The notes beneath the pieces are model-generated. The model did no database searches, was not told the DNA's origin, and saw only the letters and a list, made by a program, of their open reading frames with translations. The translations under genes and the position numbers were made by a program. Shown piece after piece: positions 40,267-50,606 of a DNA stretch of 64,000 nucleotides (the first letter of the stretch is position 1; each line of letters opens with the position of its first letter). Source of the DNA: an uncultured Clostridia bacterium (GTDB lineage Bacteria; Bacillota; Clostridia; TANB77; CAG-508); assembly GCA_944386195.1 (NCBI GenBank), contig CALXAD010000004.1:11996-75995 (forward strand), given 5' to 3'.

Positions 40267-41907
40267 ATGAAAAGAGTTTTAAAAGTAATCCAAATATTAT
40301 TATTGTTAGCAGTACTGTTATTCAGTTCAATGGGATTGAATTATGTATATGCTACAGATGGAATTGCTTCAGGAAGTTGTGGAAATAGTATTACATGGTC
40401 TTTAAGCAGTAATGGGATTCTAACAATTACTGGAAATGGAGCTATGAGTGGTTCTAGTTGTGCATGGGCAGATTATAAAGATCAGGTAAAAGAAGTAGTT
40501 TTTAATGGAAATATAACTTCTATTTCTGCATGTGCTTTTGAATATAATACAAATCTAGAAAAAGTGACTTTGCCAGATTCAATTACTATCATAGACAGAA
40601 GAGCATTTGCAGAATGTACAAATTTAAAAACAGTAGTATTTCCAAAAAATTTAAGAACAATTGGAACAAGCTCATTTTATAAATGTAGTAGCTTAGAAGC
40701 AGTAGATATACCAGAAGATGTATTATATGTTAATGAAAATGCATTTGCAGAATGTACTTCTTTAAAAACTGCTATAGTAAGATCATCAATTGCTTTAGTA
40801 GGAGATGCGGAAGGGACATTTAATAATACAGCACAAATATATGGATATAAATATTCTAGTACATTTTATTATGCAAGATATTATGGTAGAACATTTACAG
40901 AATTAGATACAAATAAAACAACTACAGCTACAATTACTAATCAAACATTTTTAGATGCTTTACCTAAATCAACGGAGGCATTAGGGATAACTTCACATGG
41001 AGGAAGAAGTTATTCAGGTAATATATTAAATGGATATCGTACATCATTTTGCAATGAAAAAGATGTTACAAATGAAACCTATAAAAACATAAAAGCAAAA
41101 GTGGAAGAATTAACAGCAGGATGTACAACAGATAGGGAAAAAGCATATGCTATTTTCCGTTGGGCATTTATAAATATAGATTATGTATATGCTTATGGTG
41201 CAAGTGCTGATATAGACAGAGTATATAGTATATTTAATGAAAAACGTGGTAATTGTGAAGCATATACTATGCTTACAAATTATATGTTATATTTATGTGG
41301 CATTCCAACTGCAACAGCTTCTAATTTAACTCATGAATGGTCAGTGGCTTTAGTTGATGGAGAATGGATCCATATAGATTCTACACAAAATCGTTTTGGC
41401 AATACAACACCTAATAAAATAAATCAAATAAGTTTTGCATATGATGGCTTAGTTTATATAATAGATGATCCACTAGATGGAGGAAAAGTAACAGGTATTG
41501 CTAAGACAGCTTCTGAAATAGAAGAACTTAATTCTTTTACAATACCAACCAATTCATATATGAAAGATATATATTCAACAGCATTTGATAAAGATATAGA
41601 GTTGAAAGCAGAAATTGGGACAATAGGAGAAGAATTTATTAAAGAAAATAGATTGTATTGGGTTATTGAAGGAAATCAAATTAGAGGAAGTAATGATAAA
41701 ATAAATTCTTATCTGTTAGGAGATATGGATAAGAATGGAGAAATAACACCATATGATGCTTTTTTAATAAATGTAATTTATGAAGAAGGAAGAACACCTA
41801 CAAATGAAGAATTACAAATTGGTGATATTGACGGAAATGGAGAATTGACAGCATATGATGCATATAAGATAAATGTAGCATACGAAAATGGAACAAATTT
41901 GGAATAA
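40267..41907 (+). CDS. Secreted dockerin protein: short BspA LRR region plus transglutaminase-like domain
   Basis: Signal peptide. LRR_5-like repeats. Cys-His-Asp pattern RGNCEAYTML...THEWSVALVDGEWIHIDST. C-terminal dockerin. Confidence 0.7.
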   Translation: MKRVLKVIQILLLLAVLLFSSMGLNYVYATDGIASGSCGNSITWSLSSNGILTITGNGAMSGSSCAWADYKDQVKEVVFNGNITSISACAFEYNTNLEKVTLPDSITIIDRRAFAECTNLKTVVFPKNLRTIGTSSFYKCSSLEAVDIPEDVLYVNENAFAECTSLKTAIVRSSIALVGDAEGTFNNTAQIYGYKYSSTFYYARYYGRTFTELDTNKTTTATITNQTFLDALPKSTEALGITSHGGRSYSGNILNGYRTSFCNEKDVTNETYKNIKAKVEELTAGCTTDREKAYAIFRWAFINIDYVYAYGASADIDRVYSIFNEKRGNCEAYTMLTNYMLYLCGIPTATASNLTHEWSVALVDGEWIHIDSTQNRFGNTTPNKINQISFAYDGLVYIIDDPLDGGKVTGIAKTASEIEELNSFTIPTNSYMKDIYSTAFDKDIELKAEIGTIGEEFIKENRLYWVIEGNQIRGSNDKINSYLLGDMDKNGEITPYDAFLINVIYEEGRTPTNEELQIGDIDGNGELTAYDAYKINVAYENGTNLE

Positions 41908-41947
41908 TCATTTTACTATTTTATGATATAAAAGAAAGGAAAAACAA

Positions 41948-44900
41948 ATGAAAATTGAAAGAATACTAGGTATTTTAATTATAGTTGTACTTATAACAAA
42001 TATGGTTATGCCATCTGTATTTGCAGTAGACTTGCAAAATGCAGATGAGCAATTAAAGAGTAATCAAGAAGAAAATTCAACAGAAGAAATAAAGAAAGAA
42101 CAAAAAAATAATGAAACACAACCAACAAATAAAGAAACAGAATTAGAAGAGATAAGTTTTGAAGATGATAAACTAAAACAATATATGTTAGCTAATTATG
42201 ATATAGATAGAGATGGTGTTATAACAGATTATGATATGCTACAATTAACTTCAATTTCTATAAGTGCTTATAACATTACAAGTTTAAAAGGATTAGAAAC
42301 TGCAAAAAATATTCAAAATATGTATTTATATAATTATAATGGAAAAGATATTTCTCAGATTTTTGAATTAAAAAATATAAATGAATTATATATTTCAGGA
42401 ACAAATTTCGATTTGACAGGAATAGGAAATTTAGAAAATTTGAAAATATTAAATATTTATTACCAATATAATTATCAAACAAATAACGAAGTGGATTTTT
42501 CACCATTTTCAGAATTAAGTAATAGCAATTTAGAACAACTTTCTATACAAGCACCTTCTTCAAGTACACAGTTAGATATAAAATTGCTTAATTGTACTAA
42601 TATAAATTCACTTACTTTAAGTGCACCATTATTAAATTTAGAAGAATTGAATAAATTTAATAATTTAACTAGATTAAGTATTACTGATAGTAATATAGAA
42701 GATATAAGTTTTATTAGTAATTTAAAACAATTAGGATATTTAATATTAAGTTCTAATAAAATTAAAGATATATCACCTTTAAAAAGTTTAGAAAAATTGT
42801 ATTACTTAAATTTAACAAAAAATCCTATTGATATAGAAAATGAAACAAATGCAGAAGTTATACAGTTCTTTAAAGATAAAAAGGTGATTATAGAAATAGA
42901 TGATTATAGAGAAAGTGATAATATAATTTTTGAAGATGACATATTTAAACAATGTTTGTTAAAAAGTAGTAATGTAGATTTAAATAATGATAATGAGATT
43001 TCAAAATATGAAATGGAGCAACTTACATCACTTTATATCTATGCTAGTTATCCAGATGATATTACATCTATTAAAGAAATAGAATATGCTAAAAATTTAA
43101 CAACATTATCATTAGGGAGTACTTCATATAAACCTAATACTGAATTAGATCTAACACCAATTTCAAAATTGAGCAACTTAAAAAGTTTATCTTTTTCGAC
43201 ATATTATAAAAATTTAATAGGATTTGAGGTGTTAGAAGATTTAACTAAATTAGAAGAATTAGCAATAAGTTCATCTTATGACCAAACTATTGATTTAACA
43301 AGTTTAGGAAATTATACAAATTTAAAAAAATTAAGCTTAAATACTAGTAATCCAATAAACAATTTAGAGGAGATAGGAAAACTAAATAATTTAAAAGAAT
43401 TATCTCTTTCAGCATCTGGACAAATAAATACATATTCATTAGATGTTGGCATTATAGCCAAAAATATTAATTTGGAAAAATTAAGTTTATCTGGATTTAT
43501 AAGTAATATTCAAAAAGCTTTTGAATTAACAAATCTAACAGATTTAACATTAAATATATCTGAATTTAATAGCAATACATATAACTATAGTTTAGAAGGA
43601 ATAAGTAAATTGGCTAAATTAGAAAAATTCTCATTAAGGGGAGACTTATGTTGCATTAAAAATATTGAGGAACTAGTTCAATTACAAAACTTAAAGAAAG
43701 CAAGTATAAATTACTATTGGGATACTTATAATAGTTCAATACCTAGCAATGAACGTAAAGAAAAAGAAGAAAAAATGATATCAGATTTCCAAAATTTAAA
43801 TTGTGATGATTTTAGATTTGACACTTCAATTAGAGCAAACATAGGATATATTGAATGTGGTACAGAAAAAATAATAAAATGGGAAGATATTAGCCAATTT
43901 ATCAAAGCATATCTTACAGAAGGAAATATATTTTATAATAAAGATTTTAAAATTTTTAAAGATCAATATATCAGTCAAAACAGTAAAGATATAACTATAG
44001 ATGAACAAAATAAAACTATTACAGTAAAAGGAAGTGAACCAGGAATACAAAACCAATCTATATCTATGAAATTAGTATATGATAATGGTAATGATAGCTC
44101 ACAAAATAGTATAATGCTTACTTGGACTAACACAGTAGAAGGAGACAAAACTAAAGAAATAGATATTCCAGATTCTAACCTTAAACAATATCTTCTAGAA
44201 AATAATGATATAGATAATGATGGAAAAATAACTGATAATGATATAATTAATATATTTTCTTTAAATATAGAAAATAAAAATATTTCTAGCTTAGAGGGAT
44301 TACAATATGCAACTAATCTAAATAGCTTGTCAGCAGGGTATAATAACATTTCTGATGTAACACCTATAATAAACTTAGAGAAATTAGGTATATGCTTTTT
44401 GAATAATAATATTTTTACAGATGCTACATTTCTAAATAAAGCTAAATGGATTGAAAATATTGATATAGAAACATTTGGAATTCAAAACAATTTTATTGAT
44501 TTTGAAGAAGGAAACGAAAATTATAAAGCAATAATGAAAATCGTTGATGATATGCCTGAATATGTATATTATATTTTAGATGATATATATGGACAAAATT
44601 ATGGAAATATAGAAGATATTGATAAAGAAGTTATAGTAGAAGATAATTTAAAAAATAAATTAATAGAAAAAAATATAGATACAAACAATGATGGTAAACT
44701 AACAAGGAGAGAACTATATAATGCTAATTATGTTTTAAATTATGAAGTTTTAGACTTATCAAATTCAGAAATAACAGATTTATCAGGATTAGAATATTTG
44801 AATTGTTATGAGATTAATTTATCAGCAAATAATATAACAAATATTGAACCAATAACGAAAAATAATAATATTAGTAATCTAAATTTATCAAACAACAAAA

Positions 44901-45547
44901 TTACTGATATTAGTGGAATAGAGAATTGTCATAGTATAAGTAATTTAAATTTATCAAATAACAAAATTGTTGATATTTCACCAATAACAAATTTATATAA
45001 AATGCAAGAAGATACAGGAAATTATAGTCATTATGGTGTAAGAATTATGAATATAAATTTATCATACAATAATATCAGAAATGTAGAAAGTATAGTTAAT
45101 TGGAAAAATATTGGCACATTAAACCTAACAAATAATAAAATATCAGATATATCAGCATTAAAAAATTATGATTTCAATGTTTCTGAATTTGTAGATGAAG
45201 ATTATGATACATGGGCAAATACTTCTATAAATTTTGATTTATCTAATAACTATATTGATATGACTAAACAAGGAAATATTGATGCTAAAAAAGTATTTGA
45301 TGAAAAAGGTGCAACATTTATAGTAGATAATCAAAAAGCTGGGGAACCAATAATAAAAGGAGATATGGATAGAAATGGAGAAATAACGCCATATGATGCG
45401 TTCTTGATTAATGTAATTTATGAAGAAGGAAGAACAACAACAAGTGAAGAATTACAAATAGGAGATATTGATCAAAATGGTGAATTAACACCATATGATG
45501 CATATAAGATAAATGTGGCATATGAAAATGGAGAAACATTAGAATAA
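41948..45547 (+). CDS. Large secreted internalin-like LRR protein with interspersed EF-hand-like loops and C-terminal dockerin
   Basis: Signal peptide. Four blocks of ~22-aa LRRs (LxxLxLxxNxIxDIxxL). Each block is preceded by a DxDxDGxIxxxD-type loop, e.g. DIDRDGVITDYD and DIDNDGKITDND. Dockerin at the end. Confidence 0.75.
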   Translation: MKIERILGILIIVVLITNMVMPSVFAVDLQNADEQLKSNQEENSTEEIKKEQKNNETQPTNKETELEEISFEDDKLKQYMLANYDIDRDGVITDYDMLQLTSISISAYNITSLKGLETAKNIQNMYLYNYNGKDISQIFELKNINELYISGTNFDLTGIGNLENLKILNIYYQYNYQTNNEVDFSPFSELSNSNLEQLSIQAPSSSTQLDIKLLNCTNINSLTLSAPLLNLEELNKFNNLTRLSITDSNIEDISFISNLKQLGYLILSSNKIKDISPLKSLEKLYYLNLTKNPIDIENETNAEVIQFFKDKKVIIEIDDYRESDNIIFEDDIFKQCLLKSSNVDLNNDNEISKYEMEQLTSLYIYASYPDDITSIKEIEYAKNLTTLSLGSTSYKPNTELDLTPISKLSNLKSLSFSTYYKNLIGFEVLEDLTKLEELAISSSYDQTIDLTSLGNYTNLKKLSLNTSNPINNLEEIGKLNNLKELSLSASGQINTYSLDVGIIAKNINLEKLSLSGFISNIQKAFELTNLTDLTLNISEFNSNTYNYSLEGISKLAKLEKFSLRGDLCCIKNIEELVQLQNLKKASINYYWDTYNSSIPSNERKEKEEKMISDFQNLNCDDFRFDTSIRANIGYIECGTEKIIKWEDISQFIKAYLTEGNIFYNKDFKIFKDQYISQNSKDITIDEQNKTITVKGSEPGIQNQSISMKLVYDNGNDSSQNSIMLTWTNTVEGDKTKEIDIPDSNLKQYLLENNDIDNDGKITDNDIINIFSLNIENKNISSLEGLQYATNLNSLSAGYNNISDVTPIINLEKLGICFLNNNIFTDATFLNKAKWIENIDIETFGIQNNFIDFEEGNENYKAIMKIVDDMPEYVYYILDDIYGQNYGNIEDIDKEVIVEDNLKNKLIEKNIDTNNDGKLTRRELYNANYVLNYEVLDLSNSEITDLSGLEYLNCYEINLSANNITNIEPITKNNNISNLNLSNNKITDISGIENCHSISNLNLSNNKIVDISPITNLYKMQEDTGNYSHYGVRIMNINLSYNNIRNVESIVNWKNIGTLNLTNNKISDISALKNYDFNVSEFVDEDYDTWANTSINFDLSNNYIDMTKQGNIDAKKVFDEKGATFIVDNQKAGEPIIKGDMDRNGEITPYDAFLINVIYEEGRTTTSEELQIGDIDQNGELTPYDAYKINVAYENGETLE

Positions 45548-45633
45548 AAAAATTAAAAAATTTTGAAAAAATATATACAAAAATTTAATTATTTGATATA
45601 ATTACAAAAAATCACGAAGGGGAGGAATATGAG

Positions 45634-48555
45634 ATGAAAGTTTTCAGTAGGAAACTAACAGCAATAGTAGTATTATTAACATTATTAATTACTACATTGT
45701 TACCAGCAACTATAGTAGTTGCAGCAGATAAACCAAGCTTTACAATTGAGAGCGCAGAAGGGAAAAGAGGCGAAGAAGTAACAGTAAAATTAAATTTAGC
45801 TAATAACCCAGGATTGAGAGTTATAGCAGGAAGAATTTATTTTGATACAGATAAATTAGAATTTGTTTCAGCACAAGTAAATGGATTAAAAAATGCAGAT
45901 GCAAGAAAAACAGCAACATATACAGAAAAATTAGGAGCAGTTACATTAAATGCTTCATGTAGTGGATTATCAGTACCAGCAATGGATGATAATGGAACTA
46001 TTATGACAGTAACATTTAAAATAAAAGACAATGCTTCAGGAACAGCAACTCTTGATCTTAAAATGAATGACGTTGTACAAGAAGAAGACAGAATAGAATT
46101 TACAGAAAAAGATGGACAAATAACAATAAATGTTCCAACAACAGGAATAACATTAAGTGATACATCAGTAAGTTTAGAAAATGGAGCAACTAAAAAATTA
46201 ACAGCAACAGTACAACCAAATGATGCAACAAATAAGACTGTAACATGGTCATCAAGTAATAACGCAGTTGCTACAGTAGCACAAGATGGAACAGTAACAG
46301 CAGTATCAAAAGGAAATGCAGTTATTACAGCAAAAACATCAGATGGAAAAACAGCTACTTGTAATGTTACAGTAACTCAACCAATCACAGGAATTACCTT
46401 AAATAAGAAAACAGTAGAATTAGAAAAAGGAAAAACTGAAAAACTTGTAGCTACAATTACACCACAAAATGCAGATGGAAATAAAACTGTAACATGGTCA
46501 TCAAGTAATAATGCAGTTGCTACAGTAGCACAAGATGGAACAGTAACAGCAGTATCAAAAGGAAATGCAGTTATTACAGCAAAAACATCAAATGGAAAAA
46601 CAGATACTTGTACAGTAACAGTAGGAGTACCATTAAAATCTATATCATTTAAAGATGGTATAACAGAAAAAACATTAAATAAAGCAGAAAAATTCACATT
46701 AACAGTTGTATATAACCCAGAAGATACAGATGGAGATAAAACTATAACATGGTCATCAACAGATACTTCAGTTGCAACAGTAAATGGAGGAGTTGTTACA
46801 GCAGTTGGTGGAGGAGAAACAATTATTACAGCAAAAACATCAAATGGAAAAACGGCTACTTGTAAGGTAAAAGTTGAAGTACCATTAAATTCAATATCAA
46901 TAAAAAGTGAAACATCAATTCAATATGCACAAACTGAAAAATTGATAGTTACATATGATCCAGTAGATACAACAGCAGATAAAACAATTTCATGGAGTTC
47001 TGATAATGAAGATATTGCAACAGTATCTATAGATGGTACAGTAACTGGAAAAGGAGTAGGAGAAGCAACAATTACAGCAAAAACATCAGATGAAAAAACA
47101 GCTACTTGTAAAGTTACAGTTTTACCTGTTGAATTAAATTCAATATCAATAAAAGAACAAAATGTTGTTATAAATAAAACACAAACTAAGAATTTAACAG
47201 TTGTATACAATCCAGAAAATACAACAGATGATAAGACAGTAACATGGACATCAAGTGATGATTCAGTTGTTTCTGTTAATTCAGAAGGTGTTATTACAGC
47301 ATTAAAAGCTGGAACAGTAACAATAACAGCAACAGTAGGAGAGAAAACAGCAACAACAACAGTAAAAGTTGAAGTGCCATTAGAAAGTATTAGTTTAAAT
47401 GAAACAGAAAAAGATTTAAATAAGGGTGATAGTTTACAATTAAATGTTACATATAACCCAGATGATACTACTGCAGATAAAACAGTAGAATGGTCATCAA
47501 CAGATGATAAAGTTGTTACAGTAGATAACAATGGTAAGGTAACAGCAAAAGCTGCAGGAACAGCATATGTTAAAGCAAAAGTTGAAGATAAAGAAGTATC
47601 TTGCAAAATAAATGTTGTAGTACCTTTGACTGGAATTGCACTTAATAAAGATACTACAGAATTATTAAAAGGTAAAACAGAAAAGTTAGTAGTTACGCTA
47701 AGTCCAAGTGATACAACATATGCAGGAAAAATAGAATGGAAGTCATCAGATGAAACAGTAGCAACTGTAGATGAAAATGGAAATGTAAAAGCATTAAAAG
47801 AAGGAACAATAACAATAACTGCAACTGCAGTAGAGGGAGAAAATGAATTTACAGATACATGTACAGTTACAGTTAAGGAAATACCTTTAAATTCTATTAC
47901 AATAGATATGTCAGATTTCGAATTAGGATTAGGAAGAACTCAACAATTAAATATTATATGTAATCCAGAAAATACAACAGATGACATAAATGTTGTATGG
48001 TCAAGTTCAGATTCAAATATTGTTTCAGTAGATGAAAACGGACTTGTTAAAGCAATATCAGAAGGAAGAGCAACAATAACAGCAAAAGTTGGAGATAAAG
48101 TAGCAACAGTTGTAGTTACAGCAAAAATTATTCCAATTACTTCAATTTCACTAGAAGGTACACCTTCAAAAGTACTTGTTGGTAGTCCAATTGATGTAAA
48201 AGTAACAGTTAATCCTTCAGATGCAACATATACTATGAGTGATTTGAAATTTATTTCTTCAAATAGTGATGTTATTTGTGTAAATGAAGATGGAACAATA
48301 GTTGCTAAAGGATTAGGAAAAGCTATATTAACAGTTGAAGCACCAAATGGAGTAAAGAGTCAAATTGAAATAGAAGTAGTAGATTCAACAGCAGATATCG
48401 AAGGTGAAGGAAGTTCAACAAGCACAAATGCTTCTAATGCTAATAATTCAAATTCTCCAAAAACAGGAGATATAGCAGTAGAAATATTTGTTTCATTAAT
48501 GGTTATCTCTGGTTTGGGAATAGCAGTTATAGTTAGAAAAAAATTTAGAAAATAA
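45634..48555 (+). CDS. Cell-wall-anchored scaffoldin: signal peptide, one cohesin-like module, about ten Big_2 domains, SPKTG sorting signal
   Basis: Cohesin-like pattern FTIESAEGKRGEEVTVKLNLANNPGLRVIAGRIYFDTDKLEFV...GTIMTVTFKIKDNASGTATLDL. Repeated Big_2 units (VTWSSSN..VATV...G.VTAV.KG.A.ITA). C-terminus NSPKTGD plus a hydrophobic helix plus RKKFRK. Confidence 0.75.
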   Translation: MKVFSRKLTAIVVLLTLLITTLLPATIVVAADKPSFTIESAEGKRGEEVTVKLNLANNPGLRVIAGRIYFDTDKLEFVSAQVNGLKNADARKTATYTEKLGAVTLNASCSGLSVPAMDDNGTIMTVTFKIKDNASGTATLDLKMNDVVQEEDRIEFTEKDGQITINVPTTGITLSDTSVSLENGATKKLTATVQPNDATNKTVTWSSSNNAVATVAQDGTVTAVSKGNAVITAKTSDGKTATCNVTVTQPITGITLNKKTVELEKGKTEKLVATITPQNADGNKTVTWSSSNNAVATVAQDGTVTAVSKGNAVITAKTSNGKTDTCTVTVGVPLKSISFKDGITEKTLNKAEKFTLTVVYNPEDTDGDKTITWSSTDTSVATVNGGVVTAVGGGETIITAKTSNGKTATCKVKVEVPLNSISIKSETSIQYAQTEKLIVTYDPVDTTADKTISWSSDNEDIATVSIDGTVTGKGVGEATITAKTSDEKTATCKVTVLPVELNSISIKEQNVVINKTQTKNLTVVYNPENTTDDKTVTWTSSDDSVVSVNSEGVITALKAGTVTITATVGEKTATTTVKVEVPLESISLNETEKDLNKGDSLQLNVTYNPDDTTADKTVEWSSTDDKVVTVDNNGKVTAKAAGTAYVKAKVEDKEVSCKINVVVPLTGIALNKDTTELLKGKTEKLVVTLSPSDTTYAGKIEWKSSDETVATVDENGNVKALKEGTITITATAVEGENEFTDTCTVTVKEIPLNSITIDMSDFELGLGRTQQLNIICNPENTTDDINVVWSSSDSNIVSVDENGLVKAISEGRATITAKVGDKVATVVVTAKIIPITSISLEGTPSKVLVGSPIDVKVTVNPSDATYTMSDLKFISSNSDVICVNEDGTIVAKGLGKAILTVEAPNGVKSQIEIEVVDSTADIEGEGSSTSTNASNANNSNSPKTGDIAVEIFVSLMVISGLGIAVIVRKKFRK
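46237..46589 (+). repeat. Near-identical tandem DNA repeat inside the Big_2 array (period about 249 bp)
   Basis: About 104 bp at 46237-46340 recur at 46486-46589 with a single mismatch (ACTGTAACATGGTCATCAAGTAATAA[C/T]GCAGTTGCTACAGTAGCACAAGATGG...). Confidence 0.85.
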
Positions 48556-48566
48556 TAATTATTTAC

Positions 48567-48598
48567 GAAATAAGCTCTTAAATTAAAGAGCTTATTTC
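48567..48598 (+). terminator. Hairpin (possible partial terminator) between scaffoldin and sortase
   Basis: GAAATAAGCTCTT aaatta AAGAGCTTATTTC; only a weak T tract follows. Confidence 0.5.
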
Positions 48599-48621
48599 AT
48601 AAAAAGAAAGGACTGGAAGTT

Positions 48622-49416
48622 ATGGCAAAACACGCTAAAAGGTATGCTAAAAGTCCAATAGATGCCAGAAAAACGGAAAGAAGAAAAAGAAAATCAAATA
48701 ATAATAAAATGCAAAATATATTATTAATCATTTTTATTATTATATTTTTAGTATCTGGTTTTATATTACTAAAGTGGTTTTTAGATACAAATAAGTCAGA
48801 GGATACGTATAAAGAATTAGCACAAGAAGTAGTAAGTGTTAATGAAGAAAATGCAGATGAAAATACAATCGATTTTGAAAAATTAAAATCTATAAATCCT
48901 GATGTTGTAGCTTGGATAAAAATCGATGGAACAACAATTAATTATCCAGTAATGAAAACAACTGATAATAATTATTACCTAAAAAAGAATTTTTATAAAG
49001 AATATGATGCCTGTGGATCATTGTTTTTAGATTACAAAAGTAATTTAACTGATAAGAATATAGTTATTTATGGACACAACATAAAAAGAGGAATCATGTT
49101 TGCAGATTTAGAAAATATTGCAAATGGAAAACTAGGGAATAATATAAATATAGAATTATATATGCCAGATAGAAAAATGAATTTTAAAGTCTTTTCAAGT
49201 TATAATATAGATCCAGAAGATTATGCTATTAATACATCAATTACAGAAAATGAATTAGATGAATTTAAGACAACATTAAAAGAAAGAAGTAGTATGGATT
49301 TTGAAAGTGAGTATGAAAATACAAATCAAGTATTAACACTTTCTACTTGCGATAGAACAGGAAAGAAAAGAGTCTTAGTTCATGCTGGATTAGAAGAAAT
49401 TCGTTATAACCAATAA
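48622..49416 (+). CDS. srtB: Class B sortase
   Basis: N-terminal TM anchor. SrtB-type segment VAWIKIDGTTINYPVMKTTDNNYYLKKNF...GSLFLDY. Catalytic TLSTCD motif. Confidence 0.85.
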   Translation: MAKHAKRYAKSPIDARKTERRKRKSNNNKMQNILLIIFIIIFLVSGFILLKWFLDTNKSEDTYKELAQEVVSVNEENADENTIDFEKLKSINPDVVAWIKIDGTTINYPVMKTTDNNYYLKKNFYKEYDACGSLFLDYKSNLTDKNIVIYGHNIKRGIMFADLENIANGKLGNNINIELYMPDRKMNFKVFSSYNIDPEDYAINTSITENELDEFKTTLKERSSMDFESEYENTNQVLTLSTCDRTGKKRVLVHAGLEEIRYNQ

Positions 49417-49493
49417 AAAAGAGCATAAAGCTCTTATGCAAATAAATATAGGAGATAGAGTTACTTAAAAATATAAGTGGCTCTATTTTTAAT

Positions 49494-50188
49494 CTAAACA
49501 GCAATATCTTTCTTATTATTCAAATAACGAATACATAAATCAATGAAACATTTCAAACTAATTTTTCTACCATCATAATCTGTTCCAAAAATATCATAAA
49601 TTATTTGTTGATCAACTAAATCTAATACATTATTTAATGCTTTGTCCATATCAGAACGGACAAGTGCATCATTAGAAATATTATTTTTTTCTGCTACTTT
49701 TTTCACTAATGTTCTTGTATCAAATAGTATTTTTTTATCAATATAAGCAAAGGAAATAGCTCTTTTATGTATGTAGTACCTCTAAAATAAGAGGTTAAAC
49801 CTATTTTCCATAAAATTGAATCAATATTTTTTTCTATCTCTAATGTATCATTTAAAGACTTAGTAATTAAATCTATAATGTTCACTATGGAATTTTTTGA
49901 AGGCTTTCTCTGAAAAAAAGAATGATGCTTTTCATGATTAATAATACTGGAAATATTGCTAGAATCGATTACCAAAATAATGATATTCGCTCTACCTATT
50001 TCTATTGCATTTTTCAGTATATTTTTACAAAAAGTTACTGAAGTATTTGAGTCCAATATTATTACATTTTCTTTTGTTTTTAATTGGCAAATTGTTTTTG
50101 TCAATTTGTCTGGTAGTACATTTATTAGTTCAATTTTTCTTTCGTAATTTAATGCAATTTCAGATAAGCTTGTTATATAGAATATCAT
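49494..50188 (-). pseudogene. Spo0A_C-type DNA-binding regulator with degenerate receiver-like N-terminus; frame broken (-1) near 49778
   Basis: Frame A (50188 downward) is homologous up to ...SYFRG. Frame B (open from 49781) continues YYIHKRAISFAYIDKKILFDTRTLVKKVAEKNNISNDALVRSDMDKAL, which matches the Spo0A C-terminal domain pattern (G.xYL.xAI....D..LL..ITK.LY..IA.K.N.T...V.R). No CGG is involved. Confidence 0.55.
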
Positions 50189-50359
50189 TATTTTGGGTGA
50201 GAATGACTTTTATCATAATCTACCTCCTATAATGAAATTCAACAATATTTTACCATATAATGTAAAAAGTAACAATATATTTTTTGCTTAAATATATTAT
50301 TTGCAAAAAAACTTATTTTTTCCGATTAATTCCGATTTTTTCGTATTTTATGACAACCA

Positions 50360-50384
50360 CACAAAATCATAATATGATTTTGTG
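50360..50384. promoter_or_regulatory. Perfect 11-3-11 palindrome in the divergent intergenic region (candidate operator)
   Basis: CACAAAATCAT aat ATGATTTTGTG, lying between the Spo0A_C-like gene and the sigma-like gene. Confidence 0.45.
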
Positions 50385-50606
50385 CAGGACATATAGTCTG
50401 TAAATTATAGGAAGATATTGATACACAGTAGATATTATAAAAAACAAAAGATTGTGTAAAATAAAGAATTAATTTATAGACTATATTGTGCGAAAGGAGG
50501 AACTTATAATGGGATAAACATAAATCAATAATTTAGGAATTTTGATAAATCAATACTTCCTTTAATTTCAGACTTTGTCCAATTTTGAAAAGATTGGAGA
50601 AAGAAA

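Noticed and set aside
46920-47606. 228-aa minus-strand ORF and many other antisense or overlapping track ORFs (e.g. 257..445, 5173..5442, 5471..5830, 6644..6973, 13141..13488, 24115..24471, 35291..35710, 36836..37192, 43975..44349, 62625..63017)
   Set aside because: They lie opposite or inside genes with strong family signatures. They have low-complexity Leu/Phe/Ile/Ser-rich translations typical of AT-rich antisense frames and lack RBS support.
28357-48555. Classical cellulosome
   Set aside because: No GH, CE, PL or CBM modules were recognised in any of the eight dockerin proteins, and the scaffoldin has only one cohesin.
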